Shown here one piece after another: positions 49,265 to 56,973 of a stretch of DNA of 64,000 nt. Under the pieces are notes generated by a model, which had not been told where the DNA came from, ran no database searches, and saw nothing but the letters and a program-made list of their open reading frames with translations. Position 1 is the first letter of the stretch. Every line of letters begins with the position of its first letter. The DNA comes from a virus. Position numbers and translations under genes: made by a program. The stretch lies in IMG/VR virus record IMGVR_UViG_3300031949_000025, positions 3,503 through 67,502 of that record; one strand, 5' to 3'.

Positions 49265-51546
49265 ACGACTATCAAGCGTTTCTGGAGTCTAAACTCCTGG
49301 CGGTTCAGCCTAAAGGGAAGGACATTTCGCCCTCATTGATTCATCCCAAGCTCTTCCCCTTCCAGCGGGACATTGTGGCCTGGGCGCTGCGCAAGGGCCG
49401 AGCCGCTATCTTTGCGGATACCGGTCTTGGCAAGACGTTCATGCAACTCGAATGGGCTCGGCTCATGGGCGAGAAGACACTCATCCTTGCCCCCCTGTCT
49501 GTGGCCCGCCAGACGGTGCGTGAGGCGGGCAAGATTGGGGTCGAGGTTCGGTATGTGCGGAGCCAGGCCGAGATTAGCGATGGCCTTCTGTGGATAACCA
49601 ACTATGAGATGTTGGACCGATTTGATCTGAGCCAATTCGGGGCTATCGTGCTGGACGAATCAAGTATTCTCAAAGCATTCGACGGCAAGACCCGCCAGAA
49701 GCTAATCGGCGCTTGTGCTACTATTCCCTATCGGCTTTGCTGTTCGGCGACGCCAGCCCCCAACGACTACACCGAGCTTGGTAACCATGCTCAGTTCTTA
49801 GGCATCTGTTCGGTGGCTGAGATGCTGGCGAGGTTCTTTGTCAACGCCAACAAGCAGCAGGCCATCGAAGTCGGCGGGAGAATCTACGAGAAGAAGGGCA
49901 GCAATAAGGGCGGCCAGGAGTGGCGCATCAAACGCCATGCCGAGGATGCGTTCTTCCGCTGGTTGGCATCGTGGGCCATCACCATCACCAAACCAAGCGA
50001 CCTGGGGTACGACGATGACGGGTTCATTCTGCCGCCCCTCACCGTCACGCCTCAATTCGTCAAGACGGATTATGTCCCCGACGGGCAACTGCTATTCACC
50101 ACCCTAAAGGGGCTCAGCGACCGTGCCGACATTCGACGACAGACCATAGGCGCGCGGCTAGCGGTGCTACAGGAGATTATCGGGGGCAGCAGCGACCAGT
50201 GGATTGTCTGGGCGGGGTTGGACGCCGAGGCTAAGGCTATAGCTATTGCGTTTCCTGATGCGGTGGATGTCAAGGGTAGCGACTCACCAGAGTCAAAGGC
50301 TCAGGCGTTTGAGGATTTTCAAGACAAAAAGTTCCGTATCCTGCTAACCAAATCAAAGATAGGCGGTCACGGGATGAACTTTCAGCAATCACACCACATG
50401 GTCTTCTTCGGGTTGAACGACTCGTGGGAATCGTTTTACCAGTGCATCCGTCGCCAGTGGCGCTATATGCAGGAGTCCCCCGTCGATGTCCATATCGTAA
50501 TGACCGACCTGGAGACGGGAATCTATCAGAATATCATGCGCAAAGAGGCGCTGGCAAAGCGGCTCAAAAGCAAGCTGGTGGACGCCATGCGGGTCTATGA
50601 AGAGGAGGAATTGGGCTTGGTGAACAAGAGCACAGACACATACCAAGAGCGCGAGATCTCCGGCAAGGGCTGGCGGATGATGCTTGGCGACTCATGCGAA
50701 CGGCTGGGGGAGTTAGCCGATAGCTCGGTAGACCTGTCCGTGTACTCTCCACCTTTTGCTGATCTCTACACCTACTCGGCCAGTGACCGCGACCTGGGCA
50801 ACAGCCGAGGGTGGGCGCAGTTCTTCCGCCACTACGGGTTCATTATTCGTGAGGTTCTGAGGGTCACAAAGCCAGGGCGGTTGACCTGTGTTCACACCAG
50901 CGACATTCCGGCGATGCAGTCTCGGGACGGGTGGATAGGCGTCAAGGACTTTCCAGGCACCGTGATACGGGCCTATGAGCGCAACGGGTGGGAGTTTGTG
51001 GGCCGGGCTTTTGTCCAGAAGAATCCCCAGGCCCAGGCCATTCGGGTGAAGAGTAAGGCCCTTCTATTCGTCCAGCTCCGAAAGGACTCGGCGGACTCCC
51101 GACCAGCTTTGGTTGACCAGATTCTTTTGTTCAAGAAGCTAGGCGAAAACGCCGTCCCCGTTCTGCCTGTCGAATCGGGAGAACTGGACAACGAGACGTG
51201 GATAGAATGGGCGCATGGCATCTGGCTGGGAATCAGTGAGTCGGATACTCTCAGCTACCACCAGGCGAGGGGGGCGGAGGACGAAAAGCATATCTGTCCG
51301 CTTCAGTTGGGCGTTATTGAACGATGCGTCAAGCTTTACTCTAACCGTGGCGAGGTCGTTCTATCGCCCTTTGCGGGCATCGGGTCCGAAGGGTATGAGG
51401 CGGTGAGATTAGGGCGGCGGTTTGTGGGCATTGAGCTCAAACCCGAATACCACAAGGTCGCCGTGGATAACTTACGCCACGCCGAGCAACTGGCTGGCGC
51501 TGGCGACCTGTTCTCTTGGGCGGAAACCGGCCTGCGGCTGGCCTGA
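49261..51546 (+). CDS. SNF2/DEAD-like helicase fused to an N6/N4 DNA methyltransferase
   Basis: FADTGLGKT and VLDESSILK (helicase motifs I and II), then VYSPPFADLY and LSPFAGIGSEG (methyltransferase motifs). Confidence 0.9.
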   Translation: MNDYQAFLESKLLAVQPKGKDISPSLIHPKLFPFQRDIVAWALRKGRAAIFADTGLGKTFMQLEWARLMGEKTLILAPLSVARQTVREAGKIGVEVRYVRSQAEISDGLLWITNYEMLDRFDLSQFGAIVLDESSILKAFDGKTRQKLIGACATIPYRLCCSATPAPNDYTELGNHAQFLGICSVAEMLARFFVNANKQQAIEVGGRIYEKKGSNKGGQEWRIKRHAEDAFFRWLASWAITITKPSDLGYDDDGFILPPLTVTPQFVKTDYVPDGQLLFTTLKGLSDRADIRRQTIGARLAVLQEIIGGSSDQWIVWAGLDAEAKAIAIAFPDAVDVKGSDSPESKAQAFEDFQDKKFRILLTKSKIGGHGMNFQQSHHMVFFGLNDSWESFYQCIRRQWRYMQESPVDVHIVMTDLETGIYQNIMRKEALAKRLKSKLVDAMRVYEEEELGLVNKSTDTYQEREISGKGWRMMLGDSCERLGELADSSVDLSVYSPPFADLYTYSASDRDLGNSRGWAQFFRHYGFIIREVLRVTKPGRLTCVHTSDIPAMQSRDGWIGVKDFPGTVIRAYERNGWEFVGRAFVQKNPQAQAIRVKSKALLFVQLRKDSADSRPALVDQILLFKKLGENAVPVLPVESGELDNETWIEWAHGIWLGISESDTLSYHQARGAEDEKHICPLQLGVIERCVKLYSNRGEVVLSPFAGIGSEGYEAVRLGRRFVGIELKPEYHKVAVDNLRHAEQLAGAGDLFSWAETGLRLA

Positions 51547-51558
51547 GAAAGGAGAGCG

Positions 51559-51777
51559 ATGCAGCCCCACACCCATTGCTTCCACGACATAGCCTGGGGT
51601 CTGACCGAGGCCCCAGTGACACACGGGGAGTCCCTGCCGAAGCGTCCCGATGGAACCAAGGAGGGCTGGTATGAATATGCCGGGGCCTACCTAGAAAGGT
51701 GCTGCCACTGTGGGGGAGAGCAATGGGTTTACCGCTGGACAGAGCCCAAGACGGGAACTCAAGCAAGGCTGGCATGA
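51559..51777 (+). CDS. hypothetical Cys/His protein
   Basis: 72 aa with AAGGAGAG RBS. Confidence 0.55.
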   Translation: MQPHTHCFHDIAWGLTEAPVTHGESLPKRPDGTKEGWYEYAGAYLERCCHCGGEQWVYRWTEPKTGTQARLA

Positions 51778-51789
51778 GAAAGGAGAGTG

Positions 51790-51858
51790 ATGGCACACGT
51801 AACGTCTGAGACGGCCGCCCAGGCGCTGGAAAAACTACTGGAGGCGCAGAATGGGTAA
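51790..51858 (+). CDS. tiny ORF (22 aa)
   Basis: Preceded by the same TGAGAAAGGAGAG RBS block as 51559. Confidence 0.3.
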   Translation: MAHVTSETAAQALEKLLEAQNG

Positions 51859-52081
51859 AGAGTTAGCGGCCCAACTCGAACGAGCCTGGCAAGGGGGGTA
51901 TGCCGTCATGCTGTCGCCGTTGCTTTCGGGTGAGGCCGACTGGCATGGGCGAGTGGCCATCTACGTATACTCGGGGGACATACGCCAGAGCGAGCCTTGG
52001 CGTGGCAACCCGTGCTCGGTGGAACAGGTGCCGGGCGAACTGGCCAGAGTATTGGATTTTGTGGAGGCACAGAATGTCTAA
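51851..52081 (+). CDS. hypothetical protein
   Basis: 76-aa ORF. Confidence 0.55.
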   Translation: MGKELAAQLERAWQGGYAVMLSPLLSGEADWHGRVAIYVYSGDIRQSEPWRGNPCSVEQVPGELARVLDFVEAQNV

Positions 52082-52803
52082 GACTGGAATATCATACTGC
52101 AACGAAACATGGAATGTCCTGACCGGCTGCTCGCCGCTGTCTCCAGCTTGCGAGAATTGCTGGGCTTGCCGCCTAGCCGGTGGCCGTTTGCAACACCACC
52201 CCGACTACAAGGGCTTGACTCGCAAAACCGAAGGGGGGCGACTCCAGTGGACGATGGAGATAGGGAGACTATCTGGGCCACACAGTCGGAAATGTCAAAA
52301 CTTTTCGGGGTTGACCAGAGTGTCGTTTCCAAACACATTACCAACATCTTTCAAGAGGGAGAATTGGATGAGTTGAGTAATATGCAAAAAATGCATATTA
52401 CTCATTTCAAACCTGTAAGCCCCTACTGGAAGACCTTGGGGAGATCAACCTGGAGAGTATTGACGGCGTTGTCGTTGGCGGCGAGTCCGGCCCCCACGCC
52501 AGGCCGATGCACCCTGATTGGGCAAGGAGCATTCGCGATGCCTGTGTAGCGGCGGGTACAAAGTTCTACTTCAAGCAGTGGGGAGAATGGTGGCCGAATG
52601 GCCAAACCTTCAACGAGGACATGGTAAAGCCGCACTCTATTGGCCCTGAACGGGTTGCCTGGCTCGGCCGAGATGGACATGCGTTGCCAATTGGCTTAGG
52701 AGATTACGAGGGGCCGGAGATACATCTGATGGTTAATCGAATAGGCAAGGCTGCGGCCGGGCGAGAGCTGGGCGGGCGGCAATGGAAGGAGATGGCGTGG
52801 TGA
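52074..52803 (+). pseudogene. disrupted DUF5131 (phage Gp37/Gp68) gene carrying a RhuM-like HTH fragment
   Basis: The N-terminal MSKTGISYCNETWNVLTGCSPLSPACENCWA lies in one frame. IWATQSEMSKLFGVDQSVVSKHITNIFQEGELDE lies in a second frame. IDGVVVGGESGPHARPMHPDW...FYFKQWGEW lies in a third. Confidence 0.6.
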
Positions 52804-53813
52804 TAGATTTGCTGGAACGCTACAAATTGGGCTGTGAGTTTCCGCGACCGTTAGATGAGCCAAAAGTGGAAGAGGCGCTACGCACCCACTATCAGGCATT
52901 GGGGCTGCCGCGCCCTGTAGTCAAGAAAATCCTGACACCCAGGGCCGCCGGGGACGCCTTTGCCGCCAGGGTCGCCTGGGAGGACGCCTTTGCCGCCGGG
53001 GACGCCAGGGACGCCGGGGCCGCCTGGGCCGCCTGGGAGGACGCCTTTGCCGCCAGGGTCGCCTGGGACGCCAGGGACGCCAGGGCCGCCAGGGCCGCCG
53101 GGGCCGCCTGGGCCGCCAGGGACGCCAGGGCCGCCGGGGCCGCCTTTGCCGCCGCCGGCTGGGCCGGCTGGGCCGCCTGGGCCGCCAGGGACGCCAGTTG
53201 GGTATCGCATATCGTCGTTGGCGCAGGTGAGCTAGGGGCAACTACAGTGTTAGCCCAATTTTTGCCCATCCTGGAAGCGCTGGAGGCGGGGTGTTGGCTC
53301 TATTGGCTGGGTGATACGGAGTGCCTATGGATGCCACAGCCCCAAATCTGGGCTGATTCGCAACACCGTTGCCACCGAGATGATGGGCCTGCTTTCCAGA
53401 TTGAGGGAGGCGAAACCCTTTGGTTCTGGCATGGAGTTTTGGTGAATGAGCGTATCATAGAGTACCCAGAAACTATCACGGTGGAGCAGGTGCTGGCTGA
53501 ACGTAACGGGGAAGTGGCTCGTGTCATGGTGGCGCGTATGGGGGAGGAACGGTTCGTCGCTGAGAGCCAAGCGAAGGTGCTTGACCAAGACCGTGACCGC
53601 TGGGGGCAGCAACGTCAGTTGCTCGAAATCCCCATGCCCCAGCATCCCAGGGGAAATATACGGGTCGTGCGCTACCAAACAGCGCCGACCGACTTGTCCC
53701 CAGAACGAGTCTATACTAAGCCAGTGCCCTGGACAGTCACAACATGTGCTGAGGCCGTTGCCCAACGATTTGGGCTGACCGTAAAAACCTACAATCCAGA
53801 GATAGAAAGGTAA
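52782..53813 (+). CDS. protein with an Ala/Trp/Arg/Asp tripeptide-repeat region and a conserved C-terminal domain
   Basis: 343-aa ORF (GTG 52797 after AAGGAG is an alternative start). C-terminal DDGPAFQIEGGETLWFWHGVLV. Confidence 0.7.
   Translation: MEGDGVVIDLLERYKLGCEFPRPLDEPKVEEALRTHYQALGLPRPVVKKILTPRAAGDAFAARVAWEDAFAAGDARDAGAAWAAWEDAFAARVAWDARDARAARAAGAAWAARDARAAGAAFAAAGWAGWAAWAARDASWVSHIVVGAGELGATTVLAQFLPILEALEAGCWLYWLGDTECLWMPQPQIWADSQHRCHRDDGPAFQIEGGETLWFWHGVLVNERIIEYPETITVEQVLAERNGEVARVMVARMGEERFVAESQAKVLDQDRDRWGQQRQLLEIPMPQHPRGNIRVVRYQTAPTDLSPERVYTKPVPWTVTTCAEAVAQRFGLTVKTYNPEIER
52941..53198 (+). repeat. GC-rich 9-nt repeat array (GCC/GAC-GCC-NGG units)
   Basis: Units include gacgccagg, gccgccggg and gccgcctgg. 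All six frames are open. Confidence 0.85.
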
Positions 53814-53818
53814 GGACA

Positions 53819-54142
53819 ATGCTTAAGCAGAACCGAAACGGCGACGTATTGCTCAATGGGGAGATTCAGCCCCCCGATTTGAGTAAGGCAACTTTGAAGG
53901 CCGAGGGGGTCTATATGCTTGCTCTGGGCGAAGTGACCGGCCATAGTCACGTTATCGAGGGCGACGTGAGGGTCTGGGATGTGGCAGGGCAGACCTATGT
54001 TCAGGTAGGCGAGAAAGGCGCTCAGATTCGCCACGAGCAGCACTCGCCAACTGGCGTAGAGGTTGTGCCCGGTTGGTATAAGCAACAGCCCGAAGTTGAC
54101 TTCGACCCCTGGGAGGAAATGACCAGGCTAGTGCGGGACTAA
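53819..54142 (+). CDS. conserved phage protein (LALGEVTGHSH motif)
   Basis: 107-aa ORF. Confidence 0.6.
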   Translation: MLKQNRNGDVLLNGEIQPPDLSKATLKAEGVYMLALGEVTGHSHVIEGDVRVWDVAGQTYVQVGEKGAQIRHEQHSPTGVEVVPGWYKQQPEVDFDPWEEMTRLVRD

Positions 54143-54148
54143 ACTGCT

Positions 54149-54379
54149 ATGACCCAACCCGTGCGCCTCGCCATGCTAAAGGGCGGCAACCGGCTGCACT
54201 TGGTCAAGAATCCTCTGTGGGGTGACTTTGTTGCCCGCTGCGGAATGAAGGCGTATCTGCATGATTACTGGGACTTCAACCCGCCACCGGCGGCGAAAAA
54301 GGCAAGGGATGGCCCCGTGCTGTGCGCCTACTGTCATGGCGCGGGAGATGAGGAGGCGAGAAAATGGGACAGCCTTTAG
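54149..54379 (+). CDS. hypothetical protein
   Basis: 76 aa with CAYCHG. Confidence 0.5.
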   Translation: MTQPVRLAMLKGGNRLHLVKNPLWGDFVARCGMKAYLHDYWDFNPPPAAKKARDGPVLCAYCHGAGDEEARKWDSL

Positions 54380-54633
54380 ACCCTGAGCTAATAGCCGAGG
54401 CAATCAAGGAAATACGGGAGTACCGGGAATGGGCTGAGGCAAAGAAAGACATACATCCCGTAACGATTTACCTGCGGCGGACGACCCATCTATCTGACCC
54501 ACAGGAATACTGTATCAAAGTACCACCGTTAGGATGGAGGGTCAGCTATATCGCTAAGGCCATCTGGCAATCCCTCGGCCTGCCCGACGAGGACGGGGAG
54601 TATGAGGTGGTGGTGATGTTGAATGACGGATAG
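54364..54633 (+). CDS. hypothetical protein
   Basis: 89-aa ORF. Confidence 0.55.
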   Translation: MGQPLDPELIAEAIKEIREYREWAEAKKDIHPVTIYLRRTTHLSDPQEYCIKVPPLGWRVSYIAKAIWQSLGLPDEDGEYEVVVMLNDG

Positions 54634-54799
54634 CTGTCCCACCTGTGACCGCCTCTGGCCTGACAGTTTAATGGCCGGCTACATGGACGGGTGCCTGGGT
54701 TGCATAAGGGAATGCAAGCGGCGCATGGACGCCTTTGAGGTTAGATACAAGAAGGCATTGAGGAAAGTCCAGACAAGTGGAAAGAAAGGAACAGGATAA
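54623..54799 (+). CDS. small zinc-binding-like protein (58 aa)
   Basis: Below the track cutoff. Contains CPTC...CLGC. Ends in a TAATG overlap. Confidence 0.4.
   Translation: MTDSCPTCDRLWPDSLMAGYMDGCLGCIRECKRRMDAFEVRYKKALRKVQTSGKKGTG
54767..54781 (+). promoter_or_regulatory. GTCCAGACAA box (GTCCAGACAAGTGGA)
   Basis: 17 nt before ATG 54799. Confidence 0.5.
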
Positions 54800-55173
54800 T
54801 GCCTAGCTGGGAACAACTGCAACCAATACTAGACCAACTAGCTGAGGGGTTGGGAACTACGGCGAGCAATCTCTGGGTTATCTTGGTGCAACGGCAGATT
54901 GTGGCTGGTTATCAGGACTTGATGTGGGCTGGGTTGTGGCTCTTCTGCGCTATTGTATTCTTGATAGGCAGCATAACGATATATCGCTCAGCCCCTAAAC
55001 ACCTGACAACAGAGCAACGAGACGATTATTATATGCCCAGTGCTATTCTCGCCGTAATCTTTGTAGCCATGTTTGGGATAGCCATTGGAATAGTAGTAAG
55101 CAGCGCCATTCCGCACTTGGTTTCGCCCGAATACTCGGCACTGCAAGCCCTTCTGTCGATGGTGAAGAAGTAG
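54799..55173 (+). CDS. membrane protein (3 predicted TM segments)
   Basis: 124 aa with hydrophobic stretches WAGLWLFCAIVFLIGSITIY and AILAVIFVAMFGIAIGIVV. Confidence 0.65.
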   Translation: MPSWEQLQPILDQLAEGLGTTASNLWVILVQRQIVAGYQDLMWAGLWLFCAIVFLIGSITIYRSAPKHLTTEQRDDYYMPSAILAVIFVAMFGIAIGIVVSSAIPHLVSPEYSALQALLSMVKK

Positions 55174-55326
55174 GTGAAAAAAGCTAAGGCCCTTGGCCTT
55201 CTTCGGCTGAAACTCACCGGCATTCTGGACGTATTCAGGATGCACGGCATGGACGTGTATATTCCCGAGGCGGTCAAGGCAATCATGGCCGCAGTCAAGG
55301 AATACGAGGAATGGAGGAAAGAGTGA
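55174..55326 (+). CDS. hypothetical protein (50 aa)
   Basis: The GTG start abuts the upstream TAG. Below the track cutoff. Confidence 0.3.
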   Translation: MKKAKALGLLRLKLTGILDVFRMHGMDVYIPEAVKAIMAAVKEYEEWRKE

Positions 55327-55631
55327 CCCGCCAGGAATTGCATTGCCACGCTTGCGACAAGTATGTGCAGTTCGATATTGACCTCTCGTTGGACGGGAAC
55401 CACGTGTTGGAATGTCCAGAATGTGGACATGAACACTGCCGTGTAGTCAAAAATGGAGTGATTACGGGTGAGCGATGGGGCCAGAGGAACGGCCCTACGA
55501 TAAACGTCATCGCAGTGAGTGCGTCAATGGTGTCCACGTGGGACTGTTATATGTCAGTCGCCGCTACTGGGTCTGACCGCATGTTCCTATATGATAGTTG
55601 GGTGCAGGCCGCCGCAGGATCAATGAGATGA
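55311..55631 (+). CDS. zinc-ribbon protein
   Basis: CHAC...CPECGHEHC. GTG 55323 is an alternative start. Confidence 0.6.
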   Translation: MEERVTRQELHCHACDKYVQFDIDLSLDGNHVLECPECGHEHCRVVKNGVITGERWGQRNGPTINVIAVSASMVSTWDCYMSVAATGSDRMFLYDSWVQAAAGSMR

Positions 55632-55759
55632 AGTTCTCCTGCTGGACTTGCAAGACCCGCCCCAAGGACGGCCTGATTAGCTGCCCGCCTCGCATCAAAA
55701 CCGGCAACTGGCCCCGCAAGATACCGGCCATACTCTGCTATCAAGGAAAGGGGAAATGA
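55628..55759 (+). CDS. hypothetical Cys-containing peptide (43 aa)
   Basis: ATGA overlaps at both ends. Confidence 0.3.
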   Translation: MKFSCWTCKTRPKDGLISCPPRIKTGNWPRKIPAILCYQGKGK

Positions 55760-56295
55760 AGCTAACCCCAGACACCTTTGTAATTGCCGACCTCCACTTC
55801 GGCCACAAGAATATCATCCAGTATGAGACTCGCCCCGAAGACTACGAAGAGCTAACCGTCGCCAAGTGGAATCAGCATGTGGAAAAACATGACCAGGTGC
55901 TAGTCCTGGGCGATCTAACTCTAGCCGGCAGGGACTACACAAAGAAATACACCGAACGGCTGCATGGCAAGAAGTTCCTAATCAAGGGGAATCACGACGG
56001 AAACACGGAGACTTTTTACCTGGAGTGCGGGTTTACAGTCGTGGAGCCAATTTTAAAGACGTTCGCTAACTCCTGGGGAAAGTTACGGGTGCTGTTTACC
56101 CACGAGCCGGTGGAACCCTTGCCCGAAGGGTGGTTTAATATCCACGGGCATGTTCATGCGCGGGAGTTGGAATACACTGAACGACATTGCAACGTAGGGG
56201 CCGACGTAACCAACTATATCCCTGTGAGAATTTATGAAGTCCTGGCTTTGTGGAAGCATCTGTCAAGTGAAGTCTCGCCTGACAGAACTAGATAA
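55756..56295 (+). CDS. calcineurin-like metallophosphoesterase
   Basis: IADLHFGH, VLGDL, GNHD and GHVH. Confidence 0.8.
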   Translation: MKLTPDTFVIADLHFGHKNIIQYETRPEDYEELTVAKWNQHVEKHDQVLVLGDLTLAGRDYTKKYTERLHGKKFLIKGNHDGNTETFYLECGFTVVEPILKTFANSWGKLRVLFTHEPVEPLPEGWFNIHGHVHARELEYTERHCNVGADVTNYIPVRIYEVLALWKHLSSEVSPDRTR

Positions 56296-56298
56296 ATG

Positions 56299-56326
56299 GC
56301 AAGACCCCCATTTCTGAGGGCCTTGC
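56299..56326. terminator. weak hairpin between the convergent plus operon and tRNA-Leu
   Basis: GCAAG-a-CCC...GGG-c-CTTGC. Only a modest T-run, on the minus strand. Confidence 0.3.
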
Positions 56327-56361
56327 GCTCTCCGTCCCCGAAGCGGCGGAGGTGATCAACT

Positions 56362-56450
56362 TGGTAGCGAGAGTGGGACTTGAACCCACAGTCGGGATTA
56401 CTCCCAGCAGATTTTAAGTCTGCCGCGTCTGCCTATTCCGCCATCCCGCA
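56362..56450 (-). tRNA. tRNA-Leu (anticodon UAA), class II with long variable arm
   Basis: Anticodon arm GCAGA-CTTAAAA-TCTGC, variable arm GGGA-gtaa-TCCC, T arm GTGGG-TTCAAGT-CCCAC, encoded CCA. Pair 1-72 appears to be U-U. Confidence 0.8.
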
Positions 56451-56815
56451 ATGACCTTCCCGCCTAGCCTTTCGGCAGAGCCCTTGGGCTCATTCAGCGG
56501 GAAGGAACCTTTTGGGTGCTGGTGCCCCGTTTTACTGCATTTCTCCTGGAGTCCAGGATTACGTTTCACTTCTCGGTGGGGCGCTCCCGCAGCGTTGCCG
56601 TTACCAGCACTAGAAGGAATCCAGCCGACGCATTGCCTACCCTGCGCTTTGAGTCGTTTGCCCTCCCCACTTTGGCAGCTTGGACACGACTACTGGGTTA
56701 CGGTCAGCGCCGAGAGGGTTTTGCTCCTTCATATTTGGAGTGGGCGAACCTTCGTGTGATTCCCCATACCCAACCCCCACGTCTGGGGTGCCTTACTTCT
56801 CGGCCACTGGCTTCC
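56451..56815 (-). ncRNA. candidate structured ncRNA / long tRNA leader (~365 nt, ORF-free)
   Basis: Lies between a strong promoter and tRNA-Leu, with no ORF that has an RBS. Hairpins include a GCC-GAAA-GGC tetraloop, GAGCC-caag-GGCTC, CCTGG-act-CCAGG and the 8-bp stem CCTTCCCG/CGGGAAGG. Confidence 0.35.
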
Positions 56816-56821
56816 TATCTT

Positions 56822-56851
56822 ATAATAGCACACGACATGCCTTGCTGTCAA
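56822..56851 (-). promoter_or_regulatory. sigma70-type promoter with extended -10
   Basis: Minus strand reads TTGACA (56851-56846), 18 nt, TGcTATTAT (-10 at 56827-56822). Confidence 0.6.
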
Positions 56852-56973
56852 GGTGCCACTCCAACTCTTTCACCCGTCGTTCATCTTCTCTTGGGCACCA
56901 AACTGGGCAGAAGCGCACGTCGGGCATATCCGCCTCGGCCATTGTCTCTTGGCGAATACAGTGGCCCTTGAGG

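Noticed and set aside
52878-53270. Collagen-like PGGPGGPG and poly-Arg/Pro ORFs on both strands
   Set aside because: They are artefacts of the 9-nt GC-rich repeat. They are embedded in a longer sense ORF that has a plausible globular C-terminal domain.
30000-56300. Genome-wide TGA-to-Trp recoding (genetic code 4) as an explanation for the in-frame TGAs
   Set aside because: TGA is used as the stop in well over a dozen ATGA/GTGA translationally coupled junctions here, such as 31546, 31885, 32313, 32588, 32770, 33490 and 33927. All large genes are intact under the standard code, and no suppressor tRNA (anticodon UCA) is present.
56451-56815. RNase P RNA, tmRNA or a group I intron as the identity of the ORF-free region next to tRNA-Leu
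   Set aside because: There is no GGAAAGUCC/ACAGAACCCGGCUUA-type RNase P core and no tmRNA tRNA-like end or tag ORF. The tRNA-Leu(UAA) anticodon loop (CTTAAAA) is intact, so the classic tRNA-Leu intron does not apply.
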